From the IMG/VR virus record IMGVR_UViG_3300023196_001660: a DNA stretch of 64,000 nt. The stretch is one strand, 5' to 3'. The translations under genes and the position numbers were made by a program. This DNA comes from an uncultured virus (IMG/VR IMGVR_UViG_3300023196_001660) (Duplodnaviria; Heunggongvirae; Uroviricota; Caudoviricetes; Crassvirales). The notes under the pieces are model-generated. The model saw nothing but the letters and a program-made list of their open reading frames with translations, ran no database searches and was not told the DNA's origin. Each line of letters begins with the position of its first letter. Within the stretch, counting starts at the first letter, position 1. Of this stretch, positions 63,101 to 64,000 are shown piece after piece.

Positions 63101-64000
63101 TAGATTAAAAGTTTCTTCGGCTTTAAAATAAGCGTCTGTAACGTCACTTATTTTTGAAGCATTATCTAAAGTACTAATCTTGTCTAAACTCTCTTGTTGC
63201 TTGGTAAAACGGTCAAATTGCTCGTCATTTCGGCTAAATCTGTTACCTTGATTATCTCTTTTATTCCTAATATTTCGACCTGCATTAGTAAGAGCAGTTT
63301 GACCTGCACCACCAACAAATCCTAAAAGAGCACTTTCAGCACCTTCTCTAGTAGCGATATCCTTAATAGCTTTATCAAACGTATAATTATCACTTAAAGC
63401 TTGTTCTTCGGCTACTAAGTTAATAGTTTCTTCAGCAGATTCTTGAAGTCCCTCAATACCAGCTATTTTAGCACTTCTTTTAAGACTAGGAGCTTTTCTT
63501 AATTGTCTAGTTAAAGCAGGTGCTCTAAGAAAGGCAAAAGAACTTGTAAGATTAAGTAATATATTACTTCTATTAAAATTAACTACAGATGCAGCTTTTT
63601 GAGAAGCTAATAATTTAGCTTCTGTATCTATTTGTTCATCAGATAGTCCTTTATCTTCTTGTTTTAATTTTTTAATAGTTTCACCATATACTTGTTCATA
63701 TACATTAGCAGCTATGCCAACACCTTCAGCTTGATTAAGAGCTAAAGCAGTAGAAAGTCCTGAAGCAAGTCCCATACCTTTTTTAGCTTTATCTGTAGTA
63801 GATGCTCCACGTCCTATAGCTTTTAACCATTCTAAAGCTTTTCCACCTTTAGTTAAGAGTTTTAAACTTGCTCCACCTGTAAGATAACCTAAACCAACAA
63901 AAGCAGTAGCACTTTCAACTAAAGAACTACCACTTTGCATCCACCATGCATAATCTCCTACATCAAGAGCTCTATCAGGATTTTCTCGATATGTAGGTAA
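48110..64000 (-). CDS. Giant virion RNA polymerase/cargo polyprotein (>5296 aa, 5' end outside the window)
   Basis: Frame is open for 20 further codons above the track's Met at 63940 (LPTYRENPDRALDVGDYAWW); GFRIPTH and GSDFDIDK (55784-55798) two-barrel RNAP motifs as in crAss-like virion RNAPs; zincin-like and Macro-like domains. Confidence 0.9.
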   Translation of the reverse strand, partial: LPTYRENPDRALDVGDYAWWMQSGSSLVESATAFVGLGYLTGGASLKLLTKGGKALEWLKAIGRGASTTDKAKKGMGLASGLSTALALNQAEGVGIAANVYEQVYGETIKKLKQEDKGLSDEQIDTEAKLLASQKAASVVNFNRSNILLNLTSSFAFLRAPALTRQLRKAPSLKRSAKIAGIEGLQESAEETINLVAEEQALSDNYTFDKAIKDIATREGAESALLGFVGGAGQTALTNAGRNIRNKRDNQGNRFSRNDEQFDRFTKQQESLDKISTLDNASKISDVTDAYFKAEETFNLYKELEDAGNKGDFARVQELSDRLVSVQAYDSFVNGTTEQYVNVFKGIKELDPDVAEQRGLDKKTYKQDSDKAIKRIENLETEYLKANTYLNFNEVYDNRAKNLGLRDTKAQLERTLQTERDEVIQDLADLGIKEDVITFSETGGISFNNWNKYGATKKASVNNLQSLKEYKDTKDKVTNVVNNIKRLAERHTKLTSDEEQDRISNVIKEQKKRRKEEQAEARVQAKQTKKATKAKQTAKKFEEDTIAEEVEEAETEEEVAEVEEVETIEDTVGFAFNFADKQQQEQATAFINSANTVENKIKGFEASIEATKALPDSPSNAGMLVQYQNAIRHLKVQQKQEQATEETNDQATQKAEDDIKNAFEDLNPAEEDEGGLSEEEEALIKRKRLVQIGLNSMKDAGLDITDFPTVAEFIQKAVGKAKFIRIFDEVKALYNLTKVGQPTNLTYEDIFFDDATKRSIISNRVSIDATKAFNEIYSMSDINFSQKEDKTVRESIEQQGFVVYKGDSAINGDVKIKRGDINLAHLDKKYVELVTVQTTERFNVLDFVTSKTDLDKELNDNASHIALDYDRFNKGDAITLVVLPKVVHDDGSISYADGSVESNGVTTKNNPVETAPIGVLFNGEILKGHYLHVPEWISENTIANFKDVDRQQKNLRVIRKAIIESPNGVTTTIKNRTNGHFMRDVNAVYDTVLKNLPNVTMAIGKDDAMFTGESNTIETQNDTVYNGMMYAVMDVNKDAKFGVPVRRDLLNKHPQYIKSILEAVRLYLNANPNASRAIKLREQTNIDITTLNGLQTYLEKFIFLSPKLDKASFMFDKFSNYVENNVREDVSVIRLITASSDPKSNSLEFGRGANVGDTIRFINRNIINNIGKKEGLNDTERASKRRATIDGYLAKLENVLNNNTYLNFKKESFDSSFQLPIITANDVTTTEMPYDKFVKEHTTTDLYSYTLDNDKEIYTVQPNFEYGTAFAFAPKVADETTDVPDIRTIEVIDAEEETGEFDIFEDVDDDTDYNPAQEISLNDAVGKVFAINTPMEVLPEEIQEEYGGLDVGDLFTIGWDGNQFNVYTIEQNYTEVYSFFVDASGKLRPYISGGKKDGFNKVEALSDLTTRQLKGLLSLSDYGDDYNPRELTQEEQDEFEGTIPESLFVKGVSMNLQDIIINHLTSKVLKALYKDKSNDDALTVLDEFANVEIRQRINKIEEGLKTDLTEEKRKRATKNLEIANNVKREYKKIVKLVLDNLHQHHGIVKDGKVFEEIKTQLDNDEIGYDDFEELINDKGELVEYNIYASDRAFRVDFKRQLSQDIKNQFSYIEDVKSITKEGVAIPKMSWALPVTIPFDQVMNELSAILAYSNYKEDNRNITIPTFDSMITTLEEWVETKPYLHNVLKELNNAPQTMKNKFVSAMSKSYTHHMYIFKNKKGGLFIVPSDSNDVVGIIQNQWLSNIYDSNLVSVVDENYIINEREVEAINRDYKDVIATLKQKGIDGTIKIDKATALLDRMGFKFPRKLITTLINEGVVYNNNRYNLLNLLSGKSDGAIGLYMDNLNKIKGLNVDDNNPLANNSALGKFARQIGKQHPVYFTNSFKDVRGRTYYGYSPNKFLTDRVRRLHTDTVLLDKLAKQPFSKTSHFVKQFRENKKFRKHFGYYTFDGRSKEGAKGKKLEHMSPAEIEEVKIALFYSKNKRGNNNILNLLYPTTSDKSVSYGLTTIGHDWNGRISSTGKMGNNSLEWLYDALVTPDINRILSIQDTPEAWDIKAYEEGGTMFNIIPSLNSLTSIWEQDGSVRKLKSNVSEQGVLREAIKEELRIFLFNLVNSKLATWKEYGFIKSETATILDHNTNTLVDVTTETLKYHTDSNDEISAFHNATNFVLNYLVANVNIFQTFTTDPAFYWKSKHWEKVVDRLVEDGTHTLLDYPTSRKETLQYYTKEDWLQEHEDLFDNMGKRLGADSAPGTDIPNSPNETLTYGIIADTVAPAYLMDYYKGLLGNKASKYMKVNSTDAQEFTTLKEHLHILTLKGTISEAEAKEILFKDDNEIEITEEELKVILQPMKPVYVNNIWKDGLEHRFYVKSSAFPLFKQLTKGLELDKLRKQMLKEKIDRVAFESAVKIGGTRYPKGMLEKGKIDKIVGVPREGFKIQQEMPYKDDVDYINDGTQQRKLLTAPVRALKSFKLKRTSTELVTGQRIQDELDRKYNELFKIQYEKLIDELGYDVEEGTLNMEKLQKILINEALSRKYPLYDLEALKLSKDKFTVPLWLTGVSGKFEAMLNSIIDNRVRKIKPKGKSFILGTSKGFDLIETAGKATQFMQNNRDIIYDKEWYSRGDKKLLPMRVEDATGKLRGEEGFDEATAVTKPAEVLAPFRFKDDDGNSLNIEDFTTDNGLIDITKLPPRLLELFGFRIPTHLLNSMTYVKIVGFLPKRSGDLLIAPPDFTIQMGSDFDIDKLFTNSYNTTFKDGKLFKFKGEDRSKQLQDDILDLHFSILGSTDEKVQALIMEPLSFGKLFEVIDTIYPSIDKIVKGIGASEEYQTYKYRNARAAKSGVGVFSTDDTFLASMQDKDIYLTKPVKGGVVPYGFALGGQHSNDLSVLETNDRNNSRTKFDIVVALQALSVDNENEQGMHKLNINKHTFDAIRTLAFSGFEEDVIFYFMNQPIIREYIRLKIKAEDTATSYKVEQIEGDLGNMFPLTDEALLMPPNVFMSVFGSPSKEDMLKDIQTHSLDTPFSGTDGLINSDVQHALLNRFVELSKYGKRLQLVQSSINSDSAGLGKDLFYSSAKETQILDLGFNAYIANASNLIGDYFTLVDGQGDIIPDNEVSSKTELGSIRKEWYNGKLSKERKREILDEVKEAGYIPVKTITIKGDIKDTIQFIKPTTINGFASVYALLLNNRIWGQEGFFPYNLSSIKDVTDSIKNVTGNRGESIQEQADINRTVFSGIKSFLATKFPNTYTDGNVVSERQRLFVDSDTNKSISTIVNDLRQNNKLRNSFINRLKIVSKKVLLPSTVEYNAATAENINERSIYAAVSQMLTDDTTQLGEFNGIQYTPKKVMQDLITHQLLAGGVQKAKQFIKYVPINYLKAIGYYNSIDTMNLLDEDQFNTRAYRVQFIQHNPQEVELKNTENLTKNFGFYNNGTIIRQTKKEVTNLPNLFSIPNDKTVSGYKLYSRNVVSKQWEQVDTLGYKDIFEYDANSYFGKTIIPYNQVPEVTKITLPESIEEIDAALDIPKETSEDAEIIADPFNATISDYYDLKSNDTSLGKFSYILNKIINNSDNKYHSFLAQELHNNLDKLKDYAFIVDSNLKVQGSHNNRDKTIKVNPNLNADIQAFEKTILEEIIHAYTKEALNSNATGEVARLKGIRVQAEQAVRSYIGEGADIKFARTQKKINEQKPLNIEEKELIYPVLSDVEFVGRLFKSQKLQEILNNTPSDIKGKSMLDKLWDTIVDLLASIGIDIKKGSALEYATKDIISLIKQPAPSSVVKGEIQKKTKVIRTPEFVEELFKLKNEDGTNKVIDNPQEVVNWVKDNVTNLQATVIDNAMYYTGSIVPEKDTIFVFGSNPEGRHGKGAALIAKTQFGAIYGKGEGLQGNAYALPTKDLRITKNKGLRSIPKETIIRSIKKLYILANHMEKDFKIAYRNKLTEVTLNGYSGTEMIDMFNKAGNIPSNVIFSKEWYDTGKLNIKKNKSIDLFNQPILPKGYTETAEYKKNVAENKRKELIRENKKLEGVSIENEIQQALEEQKLLMETSPNIIIANLLPKILPDSAKKETGVNTGTKQDINPTLLSKNGKSVQQAAHEIWENNFSEEGITDESEIRDIIIDILLTGKNAYIAEYSNQNVIDSLRQDLNDLQDDFNPAQETNKALAILKSVNNRIQFLERNIEKAESRKDFKKVEELKDVLEELIQRRDGLNKEGEQDESILSVMELQRLADIAVKGEQDMQEIAEMLKRKVTLEDTLYIRKVIHFWKTAKXXXXNLFNDDDLQSKTLVKRFDEIASDADRHETTLVVLENKYMESLMKKHGTDLTVETIFNHFKDINGLQRDYLDISRSNNPMLDSVFLSLKDANIDALDETKEILSELGNLEDKIRPILKRSGNKEIYDVFRQRTENNKLTGHLVSRYSTTFDKGQRVIKNMLREDNTFSNYNTLLLWAKKNTLQVKLNYLFPVVPLTAEVQKEANAYIDELKENLGEAHFNDFIVTQAKLLEKYENFKQGRLERIADKYDIEIAEIDGDADASREYENWKVANSPYRYYNHMETSSHSKLTKWRNFNSPSFVHHIPNREEFYDNNFKTIENNADLLEFYNYYVEVDKQLKAVMPSNSRRQLAFSGIPYIEKVLFEEYKDKGMKIGLTPILDGMKKSSRINIEGNISNAFVDPITEVEEKRLGINLVTNNSQEYHAYIKTKAIEHKLKTGNNPTANHMEIWGEEITDKLAQQKSYDLPKILRVYALTVLAYKHKARIEDGIKLAQNILGKQVEFKRNSKGEILKDNRNRIEPKAPTHSFINTKAQFDYFVQVFYGKTKQNEGITDTLIYTKEEKARIANYRKVLDDLDKQLKEGKINATEHKLHTTTLNDQIGEIGGVAVMSKRGDGVLKYVQLKSMGWNMMSAIANIGFGFISNKIEAAGGALYTSSQLTKAYRLVWDSLMKNWTFNRYETTNAKKIRRLMDKWDVLKDATHELFQNPLNIELSKNKKWLAPYNLTQRTEYLNQAPIMIALMMNNKIDTDKGTVNMWEAYDNDGEWKAEYGEEPKKKVKFLRNKLDQLNKMNHGNYDGNSPIRVKNKFLGRALSQFRTWMFEGLATRFENEKPDALLGVRKGRYRSLMTYFKAVGTGKATLNMLKGLVRNVTLGKAFSNTLFEDYDDIKEGTTLKEIDAQNMRKVMMEIVLVTGIYGSYLLLKTMVGNLDDEKDAKKKYALNLLINQGIRLKTDILFYIHPGEFRSLLRDLIPAASLVKDAGDWMEAVRRFAIGDDEIASGVYAGHSRLLRETAQALPFGTQVYKNINYTIQTFDK
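51216..51225. other. Assembly gap (10 N) inside the giant ORF
   Basis: Run of N; the frame reads plausibly on both sides. Confidence 0.95.

Noticed and set aside
1..64000. Stop-codon reassignment (TAG=Gln or TGA=Trp), known in some crAss-like phages
   Set aside because: All large genes are intact under the standard code, and TAG and TGA both end genes at tight junctions (for example the MCP stop and ATGA overlaps); no suppressor tRNA seen.

Overview
A 64-kb, AT-rich piece of a crAss-like (Crassvirales) phage genome. The host is most likely a Bacteroidetes/Flavobacteria species, based on a canonical TTTG-N19-TAnnTTTG promoter and A-rich start contexts without Shine-Dalgarno sites. The standard genetic code fits throughout. 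Three blocks are visible. (1) 1-20893, minus strand, virion and packaging genes: a >1500-aa modular tailspike missing from the ORF track, the conserved crAss capsid cluster (major capsid protein, portal, large terminase), a PNKP-type 3'-phosphatase, a PD-(D/E)XK nuclease and an HU/IHF-like protein. (2) 21294-47944, plus strand, probable early and replication genes: small ORFs interleaved with long G-U-rich hairpins, a GHKL ATPase with permuted motif order, an outer-membrane beta-barrel, RepL-like protein, SF1 and SF2 helicases, PolA, DnaB, RecT-like protein, primase, RusA-like protein, ligase, GroES-like protein, DUF932 and a MazG-like protein. (3) 48110-64000, minus strand: one >5296-aa virion RNA polymerase polyprotein (DFDID motif) that is open past the window edge. 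The best candidate for an undescribed system is this polyprotein. A recurring acidic D-[YFL]-N-P-[AR]-[QE] motif sits at four apparent domain boundaries, and the chain also carries a zincin-like domain and a Macro-like domain, suggesting a proteolytically processed, injected cargo polyprotein. The second candidate is the set of long RNA hairpins in the early region. All functional calls rest on motif recognition by eye; no database searches or folding computations were run.
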